The notes: generated by a model from the letters alone, not told the origin. A DNA stretch of 64,000 nucleotides from Octopus vulgaris (GCA_951406725.2 OX597834.1:27280001-27344000), one strand, 5' to 3'. Counted from the first letter of the stretch, positions 39,814-54,565 are shown. Translations and numbers: made by a program.

Positions 39814-40836
39814 TTATTTATTAATACTATTCGAACCAACAGGAAGGGCCTCCCGAACACCCTTTTATGTGATCAGCATCATGGGATGATTTTTCTGCTT
39901 CCGTACGTGTCTATTCACAACAACTATAACTTTTTACGCTCCGTTTTCATCTGGGCTTTCTGCATTTTATATATATTTTTCTGCCCACTTCTGTATAAAA
40001 CACTATAAATCTGTCGATGGTTTGCAACAACTTGTTAAACATTTATTTTATTATATCTGCATCGGCTCGACCATTACACTGCGTATAACCAATTCTTATT
40101 TCTACGGATCCTGTGTCTCCCCACCAAACGTCTGAGTTTGGGTACTTCGTTTGATTGAGTATTTATTGTATGTATCTATTACATGTCCTTTCACATTTTA
40201 TTCCCTTTTTCCCATTAATATATACATACACACCCACACCCTCCACACATATGCGTGTGTGTATATATTTCATATATATATATATACATGTATGTATGAA
40301 TGTATAAATATATATATATATATATATGTATGTATATATATACACACATATACATACTTACATATATATACAAATATATATATATATATTGTTATTATTA
40401 TTGCTGTATTTTATATCATTTAGATAAAAAGATAGATTGATTAGTTTCTCGACGACCAATGAAAAATTGATGAATGTAAATTAGTTGGAAGAGTCTCAAT
40501 TGAGCTACTCCCTGTCCATAAGTATGTGAATGTGTATATCTATGTATATATAAAAACAATGCACATACACATATATATTTATACACACACACACACACGC
40601 GCACAAAACACAAAACAAAATACAAAATACAAATTACATGAACATATAAAATTACAAATTACATGAACATATATAAACAGAAGATACAAATATTACAGGC
40701 ATCCCCCACATACACACACTAAATAAACATAAACGCACATAGAGATATAAGCATGCGCAAATGAAGACATACAATAGAAATACAAAATGGCTGACAGTTA
40801 GTAAGGAGAGACACAAATAAGTAAGAAGAAAACAAA

Positions 40837-40881
40837 GGACCACTGATGCGGTCACAGGAGTGTGACGAAAGAACTCTGGCC
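40837..40881 (+). ncRNA. Degenerate minimal hammerhead motif
   Basis: GGACCA-CTGATGC-G-GTCAC-AGGAGT-GTGAC-GAAA-GAAC-TC-TGGCC; A9 replaced by C. Confidence 0.55.
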
Positions 40882-40993
40882 GAAATAAGATTAAGATTAA
40901 TGTAAAAAATAAATAACACTGAAGCACAGTAACACCAAATATATAGTGCGTATGTTTTTATTGGCTAAACTGGCAAAATGACCATTCCTAAAT

Positions 40994-41047
<54 letters not shown>

Positions 41048-41076
41048 CTAAACTGGCAAAATGACCATTCCTAAAT

Positions 41077-41145
<69 letters not shown>

Positions 41146-41429
41146 CATGTATATGTATGTATAATTTTGTGTACCTCTCTCTCACTCTCTCTTTATATAC
41201 TTGGTAAAAACTACATGCGGTCGCGAATGAGCTTAGGATTGCAACTAGAAATTTAACCTCCGAGGCACAAGTCCGGACAAAGGTAGTTTATGGAAGACTA
41301 GCAGTCACCCATGCACACCAGCCTCCTCTCTCCACGCCATTGGTGTTAAACAAAGGAAGGGCAAAGGTCGATACATTTCTACAGCTGCATGAACTGGAGC
41401 AACGTGAGAAGTGCAGGAATTGTCTAATT

Positions 41430-41603
41430 GAACTAACCCTGAAATATGTCCGATATGGTAATAATGGAATTTTTTAGAAATTTCTGTCGACCTTTTTTGA
41501 GTAGCGTGCATATTGTGAAAAAAATTATATGGTTATTGACAAGGTGTCTAATTTCGGCATATTTGGCATTAGAAATTTTTTCGTTTGCCCTTATTTATAA
41601 GTT
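41430..41603 (+). mobile_element. Family F fragment, truncated at a Helitron
   Basis: TTTCGGCATATTTGGCATTAGAA...TTTGCCCTTATTTATAAGTT shared with 6311-6514 and 26690-27034. Confidence 0.75.
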
Positions 41604-41608
41604 ATATA

Positions 41609-41982
41609 TCTTTATATATAAAAGAGAAGTTGTGTGTCTGTCTCCTACGATTTAGATTCCTAACTACTCCCACATTTTGCGGTGCAGTTTAACCAAAACC
41701 GGGTATCTTATAGTCGTGATTCATATCGAGCCCTTCTGGGTATTAGCGTGCGTCTACGATGAGTCTACGATTAAAAAATTTTAATGCATTTTTTTCGCTA
41801 TTATATAAGGGAAGTAACTCTCTAAAATGTCTACGATGAGTCAACGATTTAAAAAAAAATTTACCATCATTTGTTTTCCATTTTTAATGCATTTTTTTGT
41901 TATTTTTTGGCTATAACTCTCTAAAAATGCTTATATAGTTATTTCCCTTACAAACCCGAGCAACGCCGGGCGATACTGCTAG
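41609..41982 (+). mobile_element. Non-autonomous Helitron (long variant)
   Basis: A|TC...hairpin...CTAG|T with an internal tandem duplication. Confidence 0.87.
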
Positions 41983-42579
41983 TATATATATATATATATA
42001 TAAATGGTGGAAGTTATAATATCATACCAGCTAATTTCCAGAATTATAGATCTCACTTTCGAGAAATGAGTAAACATATGCCTCCTGACAATTGCAAACA
42101 ACTCTGAGAAGGGGAGGCACGATTGTTTCGGGTACTAGCAGAGAGTTGGAGATGTTGTCTATTCTGCTTGTGTTGTTGTTATGATGATGATGATGATGAT
42201 GATGAAGAGGAGGAGGAGGAGGAGGAAGAGGAGGGCAATGATGAGGTTCCTGGTGGTAGTGGTGATGATGATAACGATGACGGTGGTAATGATGGTCTTG
42301 GTGCCAACATGGCAGGCACTAAATTCTTTTGTCGCTTTTTTCTTTTGCCCCCTCCCCGTAAATATTCCACAGATTCCAAATAACTAATACAAATCTCCGA
42401 TTAATGGGTCCTCCTTTGATTATGGACTCGTCATACACACGTGATTGTAGTGATGAGGGTGACGGTAGTGGTGGTGGTAATAGACTCTCTCACCCCCACA
42501 CTCACATACATATACATATAGCCCACAGTTCACTCTCTGTACGACGGGGATGATATTTGCTATGATATTGGGGAAGCCC

Positions 42580-42620
<41 letters not shown>

Positions 42621-43499
42621 CTACTCTCTCTCTCTCTCACTCATTCTCTGATTCTTTTCTTTCCTCTCCTTCCTCTCGATTCCTCTCTCTTCTGGCTGTC
42701 ACGACCTTACTCTCTTTAATACCATCCTCGTTCTTCTCCCAGACTCTCTTTTTCTCGCCCAGACTCCCCTTTTTTCCTCAATTTCCATTTCGTCTCACAC
42801 TTTTTACCCTCTATCTTCATTCTCTTTCTGCTGCTCTCCTATCTTATTCGCAAGTCCTCCTTTAAGGCCACCGCACCTTCTTTTTTTCTGTCTTTCTCCT
42901 TCTCAGCCCCTCCTACTATCAAGGCACACCCACCCACTCATCTTTCCTCACTCTCTCACTGTCTCCCTTTCGCCCATCTCACACTTCCATCCATACTCTC
43001 CCTTCCTCTCTGGCTCTGCTTCGTTTACTTAGCCCTATTTCGCGCAACCAGATTCATCTTGTTCTCTGTCTCCTCACTGTGCTTAGGCCAAACTCTAAAC
43101 CATTTCCAAATCCATTCCTCCTTCCCTCTCTCTCCTTTCACTCTCTCTCTCTCTCTCTCACTCTCTCTCTTTCACACATACGCACAAACACATTCTCTCA
43201 CCCTTTCTCTTTCGCGCAAACACACTTTCCCTCTTACACAGTCTTTCATATACACACGCCCTTGCCTTCTCCTCTTAACTAACCCTTTCTCGCTTACTCT
43301 CTGTCCCTCAATCTTACATACGTACTCTTCCTCCATCCTCTCCCTCTCCCTCTCTCTCTCTCTCTCTCTTCACACATACTATCCTTCTCTTGTCCCTCAA
43401 TCTCTCTTTCTCTCTTCCTGCCCTCTATCTTTCAATTTGATACACAACTAGCCCTTTCCGTTCAGGATCTCTCTCTCACACATACACACACTCGTAAAC

Positions 43500-44130
43500 A
43501 TTATCTCTCTTTCTCTTTCTCTCTCAGCCCCTCTATTTCTGTCTCTCACTCCCTTTCTTATTTCTCTCCCAGTCTCTTTGTATTTATCTCTCTGTCTTCC
43601 TCTCTCTGTCATTCTCCCTGCTCTCTCTTTCTTCCTCTCTATTTCTCTCTCTCTCTTTGTCAGTCACCCTTGTCTTCCTGTCTCTCTTTCACTCTCTCTC
43701 TCTTTCTCTCTCAGCCCTTCTATTTCTGTCTCTCAATCCCTTTCTTATTTCTCTCCCTGTATATTTGTCTTTCTCTGTCTTTCTCTCTCTGTCATTCACC
43801 CATCTCTCTCTTTCTTCCTACCTATTTCTCTCTCTCTCTTTGTCAGTCACCCCTGTCTGCCTGTCTGTCTGTCTGTCTCTCTTTCACTCTCTCTCTCTTT
43901 CTCTCTCTCTGTCATTCTCCCTTCTCTCTCTTTCTTCCTCTCTATTTCTCTCTCTCTCTTTGTCAGTCACCCTTGTCTTCCTGTCTCTCTTTCTCTCTCT
44001 CTTTCTCTCTCTCTCTTTCTGCTCTCTCTTTCTCTCGCTCTCTTTCACTCTCTCTCTTTCTCTCTCTCTCTTTCTGCTCTCTCTTTCTCTCGCTCTCTTT
44101 CACTCTCTTTCTCTCTTTCTCTCTCTCCTG
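43500..44130. repeat. Polypyrimidine minisatellite with repeated higher-order units
   Basis: CTATTTCTCTCTCTCTCTTTGTCAGTCACCC recurs three times (~43640, 43822, 43943). Confidence 0.85.
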
Positions 44131-44636
44131 ATTATCCCTCATACATATTGAGACATCTCTGTAGGACCCTGCCTAAATGTCAAGCTGTCATCTAGTAACA
44201 AGCAAACAAGGCCCCCGCCATCAACTCTAACATCGTCACCCCGACCCTCACCATCCCCTCCTTATCGTCTGCTTATAGAAAGTGGAGATAAGGAAGTACA
44301 AATTATTTTAACAACCTATTTAGGGTACAGGATGGGTTTTTAATATATATTCCATGATTTATAGAACTAAGGCTTTGATTTATCAACAGGTGTGTTGGCG
44401 CTAGTATGAGTGTGTTTATGCGTGAGAGTGTGCGTGCGAGTGAGTGTGTGTGTGCGCGCGCATTTGTGTATGTGCGCACGCATGTGTGTGGTGTGTGAAA
44501 ATATGTGTGTATGCCTACGTGTTATGTGTGTTATGTCCCTACATGTAGATATATGTTTGCAGATAAGTATGTATATCTATGTATATCTATGTATATGATA
44601 ACAGGTTATATGAATATAAACATGTGTAGGCACATC

Positions 44637-45087
44637 TTAGTATATAGCCCGGCGTTGCTCGGGCTGGTTTTTTTTAGTTGCGCTGAAAACGGCAGACTTT
44701 GATGTCACGTTAACAAAGTTTTGACATAGTTTCAATCTTTTTTGTAAAGTAAAAATTTTGCATTATGTAGCTTGTTATTCTCTTTAAGTGAGCTTTTTTC
44801 TGGTTGAAATACACCGAAAAATGGCGACATAGCAGTCAAAAAATCGTAAAAAAATAGAGATTTTTCATAGACAAAAAGCACCTTTTTGATGTAAATAATT
44901 TTTGGTGTTAACATGGTCCGATTTGAATTTTTTTCTTCTACGGAATGAAGAGCAAGCCTTTTTCTATCATACTTTCAATTTTGGTCAACTTGCGCCGCAG
45001 GGTCTCGGAAGAGATAGTGTCAGTTGAAGGCTACCAAACCTTGAAGGCCACACACACACATACACAAAAACAACTTCAGCTTTATAT
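44637..45087 (-). mobile_element. Second non-autonomous Helitron family
   Basis: Minus strand has 5' ATATAAAGCTGAAGTTG...TGCGGCGCAAGTTGACCAAAA and the 3' hairpin CCCGAGCAACGCCGGG then CTAA; the interior differs from the other three copies. Confidence 0.65.
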
Positions 45088-45093
45088 GTGTAC

Positions 45094-45145
<52 letters not shown>

Positions 45146-45150
<5 letters not shown>

Positions 45151-45350
45151 ATCAAAACAAGAAAGCACAAATAAATACAACAACGCGAAGACGTGGAACA
45201 AATATAGTATTATTGGACGCTCAGGAAAGAAGGAAAGAAGGAGGGTTTAACGTATCGAGCGTAGCTCTTCGTCGGAAACATAGGAGAAGGAAAGATCCAG
45301 AGAAGGGAAGACAGAGGGAAAAAAATCGCCAACGGTACACACGCGGTCAC
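45146..45350 (-). mobile_element. Short repeat family G with HHR-like motif (45245-45279)
   Basis: Reverse complement aligns with 35727-35860. Confidence 0.65.
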
Positions 45351-45691
45351 GATGGCTGCAAACTTGTGTTCGAGTATTGTCATTACCTGATCGAAAGTCC
45401 CACACATGCGAAGGCTACAACCAGCTCTTCTTATGATAGATCTTTACTCTATTTTCAAGCGATGCCTGTGCATGATGGTTTATTTTTTTTATAGTGGGGA
45501 AAGGATTTGCACAGATTCAATTCCACTCTCTAAAACATGGACAACATAAACTCGAAAAGAACTAGTCTACATCACTGAATATTGCCAGTGCTGCAGGTTT
45601 TCTCTCAGAGTTTGCCGCTTCTAGCGACATGTTGCGACAACAGAGGGACCGTTCACTCCAAGAGGACCAACCGTGCGCCTAGACACCAGCA

Positions 45692-45762
<71 letters not shown>

Positions 45763-46034
45763 GTGGGTACATATATAAGAGAGAAAGCGTGGCTCACTGT
45801 TGCAGTACTCAGCTTCACTAGCAAACGAGAAAATAACAAAGTGGAACTCGGGAGTATTTGAAATCAGAACGTTGAGCTGTGATAACAATAACATAAGGAT
45901 CACTTTTTAGAGGAGTGGGTTTAGTCGACAATGAAAGAATGAAAGGCAAATTTGACCTCAGCAGGATTTAAATTTAGCATCACCATCATCATCGTCATCG
46001 TCGTCGTCATCATCATCATCATCGATTACAATAA

Positions 46035-46222
46035 TAATAATGGTTTCAAATTTTGGTGGTGGAGTTAAGTCGACTATATCGACCATAGTGCTCAACTAGT
46101 ACTTATTTTATCGACCACGAAAGAATGTAAGACAAAGTCAACCTCGGAGGAATCTGAACTCAGAACGTAAAGACGGATTTTCGTCCGGCGTGCTAACGAT
46201 TCTGCCAGCACGCCCGCCGCCT
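46035..46222 (-). mobile_element. Older family B-related SINE
   Basis: Same head (GCTGGCAGAATCGTTAGCACGCCGG) and central domain, different tail. Confidence 0.75.
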
Positions 46223-46612
46223 TAAACAACATAAATTCTAATGATAACAAAAGTTTTTTTTTCTTTATTAGCCACAGGGGCTACAAAAACATTTAAGCCA
46301 ATAGAATGTCGAAGGGTAGTGGGGATTTACCTAAGCAAGTGTAAACAACAAAACAGCACAATAGCAAGAATTGTTCAGGGGTACAAAGGAACCCACCGAT
46401 TCTGAATCTCCCTGACCACTGGTACTTCTCCACATACACTCGAGCCATATTCACCAAATTCACTCACTTTTAAAGACATTTTTCTGAGGGGCAGCAGCTT
46501 CTCTCTACTCTCATCTTGCTTTCGAAATGGAACTTTAAAAACAGCCGCTCCTCTACCATCCGTTTGCACCGTCCTACAAGTGCAAGCTAGGCCCATACGC
46601 TCGATCCATATT

Positions 46613-47015
46613 TATTTCTTTATTGCCGACAAGGGGGCTAAACATAGAGGGGACAAAGGGTTTCAGTCGATTACATCGACCTCAATGCGTAGCTGGTACT
46701 TATTTAATCGACCCCGAAAGGATGAAAGGCAAAGTCGACCTCAGCGGAATTTGAACTCAGAACGTAACGGCAGACGAAATACCTATTTCTTTATTACCCA
46801 CAAGGGGCTAAACACAGAGGGGACAAACAAGGACATACATAGGTATTAAGTCGATTACATCGACCCCAGTGCGTAACTGGTACTTATCTAATCGACGCCG
46901 AAAGGATGAAAGGCAAAGTCGACCTCAGCGGAATTTGAACTCAGAACGTAACGGCAGACGAAATACCACTAAGGATTTCGTCGGGCGTGCTAACGTTTCT
47001 GCCAGCTCACCCCGC
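46613..47015 (-). mobile_element. SINE family B dimer
   Basis: Same GAAATA|GGTATTTCG junction at ~46783; flanking direct repeat CTCGATCCATATT at 46600-46612 and 47027-47039. Confidence 0.9.
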
Positions 47016-47192
47016 TTCCATCCACACTCGATCCATATTCGCCACATTCACTCACCTTTAATCAAATTTACTGATAGATGGCAGTACCTTCTATCTGTTC
47101 TCACCTTGCCGAAAAGGAAGTGTCGGGTTTTTAATAATTTTAATTTCGCCCATCAAAAACTCTAATAATAATGGGTTTCTACTCAAGGCCCG

Positions 47193-47430
47193 TTGGAGGC
47201 CTGTGGTTTAGAGGTAGAGAGTGTTGGGCTTACGATTGTAAGAGTGTGGTTTCATTGGCCGGGCGATGCATTGTGATTTTGAGTAAAGCATTTCATTTCA
47301 CGTTGCTCCAGGCCACTCAGCTGGCAAAAATGAGCAGCCCTGCGACAGACTGATGTCCAGGAGGTGAATATATACACCACAGAAACCGGTCCTATGGCTC
47401 AATATGGCTCGGAAAAGATCTTTATCCTTC
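47193..47430 (+). mobile_element. Diverged family D SINE
   Basis: TTTCATTTCACGTTGCTCCAGGCCACTCAGCTGGCAAAAATGAG..CCCTGCGACAGACTG...AGAAACCGG. Confidence 0.72.
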
Positions 47431-47962
47431 GTCCGAATTGAGGCTCAGGACCAACAATTTTTGAGGTGAGGAGACGTATCGAATACATCGACCACCTCCT
47501 GTATTTGACTTGTACTTCATTTCATCGACCCCCAAAGAATCTATAATAATTGTGGAAGGAGAGTATTATGGATTAAATTGACCGGCCCAAGCATATGACT
47601 GGTGCATTATTCTAAAGAATGGAACCTTAGGTCCTAATACTTATTAAATATATTTAGAAGTATTATAAGTGTAAACATGCATGTACAGTTAAACATTCAC
47701 ACGAGCGAAACACGTCACAAACAAACATAGATTTATAAATGTATTGGGATGAGAGAGATATTGATAGTTAGAGAGAGGGGGGAGGAGAGAGAAAGGAAGA
47801 GAGGGGTGAGAGAGGATGGGAGAGAGAAATAAGAAGAGGGAGGAAAAAGAGTAGGGTGGAAAAAAAGTGATGCAGTGGGATAATTAGACTAATTAATGAA
47901 TGCACACCTACATATGTGCGCTTGTGCGCATGTGTGTGTATATTTATCTATCTATCTATCTA

Positions 47963-48019
<57 letters not shown>

Positions 48020-48054
48020 GTGTGTGTGAGTGTATGTGTGTGTGTATGTATGTA

Positions 48055-48108
<54 letters not shown>

Positions 48109-48329
48109 TATAAGCATGTATTTATGTATATAAAGCAGAGAGGAAAAAAGACATATCTAATGTGGGTGCGTATATACACATACATGTACACACCCTTTAC
48201 AAGTTCGTTTGCAAGTGTTTCTATGCGTGTATATGTGCATGTTTATATGTGTGTGTGTGTGTATGTGTGTGTTCATGATTTAAGTACAAATAATTGTTAT
48301 TTGAAGCGCCACATATATTTTTTATATTG

Positions 48330-48362
<33 letters not shown>

Positions 48363-48365
48363 ATG

Positions 48366-48404
<39 letters not shown>

Positions 48405-49251
48405 GTGTGTGTGTGTATATAAAGAGAAAAAGAAAGCGGAGAGACAGAGAGATGAAGGGAGGAAGAGAAGCCTAATGGTACGGGAGTGTCCAATTATGAT
48501 TTTTCCCTCCCCAGCCAGCATCCAGCATCCTCTGTCATTCCCAAAACACCCACCCCAATCACGAACTCTGACACCACCACAACCACCACCATCACCATTA
48601 TCACGACCATCACCACCAATACCACTACCACAGCCACAACCACAACCAACACTATTACCGTTACTGCAAGCTCACCCCTGCTCAATAGCACCGACGACAT
48701 CACAACAGGCATCACAGCCTCTTCATCCTATGAAATTAGATAAAAAACAAAAAAAAAAAACATTTACATAGATACACATAGACACACATACACAAATGTG
48801 AACACATATCTACACACACACACACATTAGATGGTCACATACACACACGCACACATACATACATACACATACATACACATGCATACATGTTCGACAATCG
48901 TCTCCATGAAAGACACAGAAGCCCCCAACCACACACCGCCCCATCCATGCAAACTCACTCCTTCCAGCCCCTCCCCCCCACACAGTCACCAATCAAACGA
49001 CCAGGCGTTTTCCACCACCATCACGTGGCTTCATAATCATGCTACGGATAATTAGCACCACCCCTACCTCACCATCCCACGCTCCCCCCACTTCCCCCCT
49101 TTCTTCTATGTTTCCTTCCATCAAGAGAACAAACCACTCACACAAACAGTCGTTCATATATATGTATGTGTGTGTATATATAAATGTATGCATATGTGTG
49201 CCTGTATAAATGCATGTGTCTGAGTGTGTGTGTATATATATATATACATAT

Positions 49252-49293
<42 letters not shown>

Positions 49294-49337
49294 GTATATA
49301 CATATATACAGACGTATACACATATATACATGTACAT

Positions 49338-49405
<68 letters not shown>

Positions 49406-50089
49406 ATGGCGGGTTGGATAAAGCGTTAAAAAATAAAACACTCTGTAATGCATCCTGTTGTTGTTGTTTATTTATTTTGCTATCCATCTACCGCCATTTT
49501 TCTACTTCTATCTTTTTTTTATATTCACCATTATCGTTGTTTGTAGTTGTTGTTGTTGTTGTTATTGCTTAGCTACCCCTCCCCCTCATACACACGCATC
49601 ATTCTGGCTCTCCTCTTTCCCCCCACACACATCGAATGTTGACACCAGGCAATGAAGGCAAAGCAAGGCAAGGCAGACAGACCGGCAGGCAGGCGAAGCA
49701 GTCGGCGGTTGTTTAGTATATGGCTATTTAACAGGAATGCTCCAGGGGACTTAATCTTGCTAATAATTTTTACACATAAGGACGCCATTTTGCTTTGATA
49801 TATTTTGCGTCGTTCTTCCTTCTTTATTTTGTTTTTCATATTTTTTGTTGTTCTTTCTTCAACAGTATTTGTGTATCTATCTATCTATACATATTTTTAT
49901 GCCCATTTTTTTATACCAGTATGGAAAAATGATGTGTGATATTTTTATTGCTTTAATTATGATTAAATTGAAAAACATCTCGTGTGTGTGTGTATGTGTG
50001 TGTGAGTGTGTTTCTGTGGGTGTATAGATATATATACATATAAAAATAAATATATGAATGTACGTATATGTGTATATATGTATATGTAT

Positions 50090-50129
<40 letters not shown>

Positions 50130-50140
50130 ATATATGCACA

Positions 50141-50211
<71 letters not shown>

Positions 50212-50308
50212 GCATATATATACATACATAAAGCGGTTCTTATTTTTTCTTTTGGAGTTTAAGCTGGAAAACGAAAAAATACCACGTACTTGTGTGTGAT
50301 AATGATTG

Positions 50309-50389
<81 letters not shown>

Positions 50390-50926
50390 CATACATAAAT
50401 ATATCTATATATATATATATATAAATATATATATACATATATAGACACGCTCACGCACACATATATCTATATATATAGATGCATATTCACATATATATAG
50501 CCACACACACGCACATATATGTATACATATCTATACATACATGTATATGTGTGTGTGTATGTGTGTTTCCATATATTTGTATAGGTGAGTGTGTCACCTT
50601 TATATGATGTAACAATTAGTCGAGTGAGTAACGCTGCGCTTTATGTACGAAAGTGTTTATTGCACATTCTCTATACCGCCGTGCCGCGTATATAAACATA
50701 CACACGCACATACATCGATGATTCCACATACGCACGCACACACACACATTCACACACGCACTCACACACATATCTATTTATGAATAAGAGCATTGTTACA
50801 TATTTACATGTTTATACGTACAAATATGCATTGAGAGAGGAGGGGAGAGAGAGAAATCAGGGATGGGGAGAAAAATTTATATAATTACATGCTAGATATA
50901 TTTTAGATATATACGAAAATTAACAC

Positions 50927-50927
<1 letters not shown>

Positions 50928-50978
<51 letters not shown>

Positions 50979-50982
50979 GTTG

Positions 50983-51013
<31 letters not shown>

Positions 51014-51084
51014 CATTATTGCTATCATTATCATCATCATTATCGTTATTATTGCTATCATCATCATTATCATTATTTTTGTTG

Positions 51085-51127
<43 letters not shown>

Positions 51128-51191
51128 CATTATTACTATCATTATCATCATCATTATCGTTATTATTGCTATCATCATCATTATCATTATT

Positions 51192-51238
<47 letters not shown>

Positions 51239-51260
51239 CATTATTATTATTATTATTATT
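50928..51260. repeat. (ATT/ATC)n tract with ~120-bp higher-order duplication
   Basis: ATCATTATCATCATCATTATCGTTATTATTGCTATC occurs twice. Confidence 0.92.
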
Positions 51261-51377
51261 ACATACAAATGTATAAATATATACATGTTTATGTATATAC
51301 GTGTGAATCTCCATCTGATTTCATTCATATAAACACTTCATTAAACTTGTGTACTTGATAATCACCTCTGTGTGTAA

Positions 51378-51410
<33 letters not shown>

Positions 51411-52112
51411 TGTGTATGTATGTATGTATACATATATATATATATACATATGTATATATATATATATATGTCCATATATATATATATGTATGTATAGATA
51501 TAGATAGATATATAGATATATAGATAGATATATAGATTGATAACTTATATATGTATGTAAGGTGTGTGTATAATGAATCTATAAAGATGTGTGCATATTC
51601 ATATATACATACTCATATATATGTATACACACCTTCATACCCGCAAACACATACACACACACAAACACACACACACACACACACACACTCACACACACAC
51701 ACACGCACACACACACACACACACATTTCCAATATAATAAGGCAAACACCTATAAGCCTGCATGTTTCTGTGTACGGTCTCTATTATATATATATATACA
51801 CTTATACATTCTTTTGGAAAATATCCGGATTAAGATATTTGGGACAAACATCATCCAAAAGATCGATACAGTTTCATAAACAGCCCTTTTACCAACACAC
51901 CACCAGGTATACGCTGTTACACGCGCACAAACAATGTAAAAGCAATGATATGCACAAACACAACCATACATATCTACCTACCTACCGATCTACCTATATA
52001 CCTACCTACCTAAGGACATATCTACATACCTACATACATACATACAAACACACACATACATACACACACACTCATTACATACACACACTCATACATACTC
52101 ACACATATCCAA

Positions 52113-52343
52113 GGCGGCGAGCTGGCAGAAACGTTAGCACGCCGGGCGAAATGCTTAGCGATATTTCGTCTGCCGTTACGTTCTGAGTTCAAATTCCGCC
52201 GAGGTCCACTTTGCCTTTCATCCTTTCGGGGTCGATAAATTAAGTACCAGTTACACACTGGGGTCGATGTAATCGACTTAATCCCTTTGTCTGTCCTTGT
52301 TTGTCCCCTCTGTGTTTAGCCCCTTGTGGGTAGTAAAGAAATA
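52113..52343 (+). mobile_element. SINE family B monomer
   Basis: Full length, GGCGGCGAGCTGGCAG to GTAAAGAAATA. Confidence 0.94.
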
Positions 52344-52870
52344 TATACACACGTATATACACACACAAACATACATACATACGCACTTATGCATACACAC
52401 ACATATTCACACATACATACATACATACATACATACATACATACATACATACATACATACATACATACATACATACATACATACATGTGTGTGTATTATG
52501 TATGTATGTATTCCTTATTTACTCATTTATAAGTCGTACTTATAGTATTAAACCTATAATATTAGTTTTTTTCTATTTACATCTAATTTGATATCATTTT
52601 CGCTTCGTGTATAGGCCACAACTTAGTCTTTACAATTAAAATTCAATGGTAAATACAACAATTTATCCACGAGTAAATATATATGTTTCTCATTCAAGCA
52701 CCAAGACCAGTTGATGTCACCAAGAGAATGGTCTCCAACGATTATTTGTTGTATCGGCCCTGTACGTTAACACTTTTTCGTTGCTGGGTCAGTAGTGGTG
52801 GCCAACTAACTGTTCATCTTCTCTACCCTGGTTTCCAAATATGCTCCTCCCACTTGTTTAATATATATAA

Positions 52871-53022
52871 TGTGTGTTTATGTCCCCGTTACTTAGCGGT
52901 TCGGCAAAAGAGACCGATAGAATAAGTACTGGGCTTACAAAAGAATAAGTCCCGGGGTCGAGTTGCTCGATTAAAAGGCGGTGCTCCAGCATGGCCGCAG
53001 TCAAATGACTGAAACAAGCAAA
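52871..53022 (+). mobile_element. SINE family C 3' fragment
   Basis: Matches the post-microsatellite half of family C. Confidence 0.88.
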
Positions 53023-53689
53023 AAAAAAAAATAATAATAGAATCCAGGGAGATTGGTGGTTGTTGCGTCGGCAAAATTCCAGTTATTTGAAAAAAAAAAT
53101 GAGAGTATAATGAAATTGCTATGGGCAGTGCAGTATCTGACGTTTTGGAAAGAGTATTTCGTCAGAGTAAAGTTGGCTGGAAGGAAATGAAAGAGAGCCA
53201 TCAAAATTTTACATCTGTTTTTTTTGGGGGAGGGGGGGATTGAATACAACCTATGTGGTACGTAAGACAAATCTTGCATCTGTAGACAGGAGGTAGCAGC
53301 AGAGTGATTCTGATTGTGAAAAAGAGAAGGAAGAAGTCATGAAAAGAAGAAGATAGAATCTGTCCTTGTTTGTCCCCTTTATGTTTAGCCCCTTGTGGGT
53401 AGTAAAGAAATATATATGTATGCATATATGGATGGATGGAGGGATGGATGAGTATATATGTGTGTGTGTATGTACGTATGTATGTACGATGTATATGTAT
53501 GTGCATATATATGTACGATGTACGATGTACGATGTATATGTATGTGCATATATGTACGTATGCATGTACGATGTATATGTGTGTGCATATATGTATATGT
53601 ATATATGTATATATGTATATATGTGAGCGAGGTGGTGGTGTAGGAAAATTTTGAGGTAAGGGGGAAACTGACCAAGCACCTATAAAAAT

Positions 53690-53946
53690 AAATAAATGCG
53701 CCCTTTTTTAAAGCCTAGCCAGGCTCGTGGGCCCGATTTCCCGGTTTCTATGGTACATGTGTTCCCCAGCTGGACGGGACGCCAGTCCATCGCAGCGTTA
53801 CTCATTTTAGCGAGCTGAGTGGACTGGAGCAACATGAAAGGAAGTGTTTTGCTCAAGAATACAACGTGTCACCCGGTCCAGGAATCGAAACCACAATCTT
53901 ACGATCATGGTACTGACATCCTAACCACTAAGCCACGCGCCTCCAC
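53690..53946 (-). mobile_element. tRNA-derived SINE family D, best-preserved copy
   Basis: Head GTGGAGGCGCGTGGCTTAGTGG...GGTTTCGATTCC similar to family A; body TTCTTGAGCAAAACACTTC...CTGCGATGGACTGGCGTCCCGTCCAG. Confidence 0.85.
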
Positions 53947-54565
53947 ACCATACACCTATATTAAAAATAATAATTGTTGTTGTTAATTGATAATGATTTT
54001 GATTTCCTTCGTTTTTGTTTGTTTTTGTATAAGTTTCTTCTGCCAGGAACCATACCTTTATATTTCTTTCTGTATAAATAACTGTGATCCCTATGCTAAC
54101 CCCAAACCTTCTTTCCACCCGTTCCTTAATTCTGCTAGCTATCTACCCACACGCTTAGCAACCTAACTATCTACTGCCCGCATCCTCCCTCCCTCTCTCA
54201 CCCCTCCTTTCTCCCTCCCTCCCTTCCACCCTATCTCATGCCTACCTATCTCATACCTACCTACCAACATATCTACATACCTACCTACCTACCTACCTTC
54301 CTACCTACATACGCATCTCCACTCTTTCTACGTTCCCCACCACCACCACCACCACCACTCCCATAGATGTCTTAATCACAGACGAAGCTGAATTCCTTTA
54401 AGTACCCAACATAATTCGAAATAGTTGTGGAATGCTATTATGCAAAAAGACTGATGATGACATTCCATAATAAATTAGACAGAGACATTTTAATAGAAAT
54501 AAACCCTGTAAAAGAAAGGAGAGGTGGAAACGAAGAAAACGATATGAAACTGTGAATATATTTAC

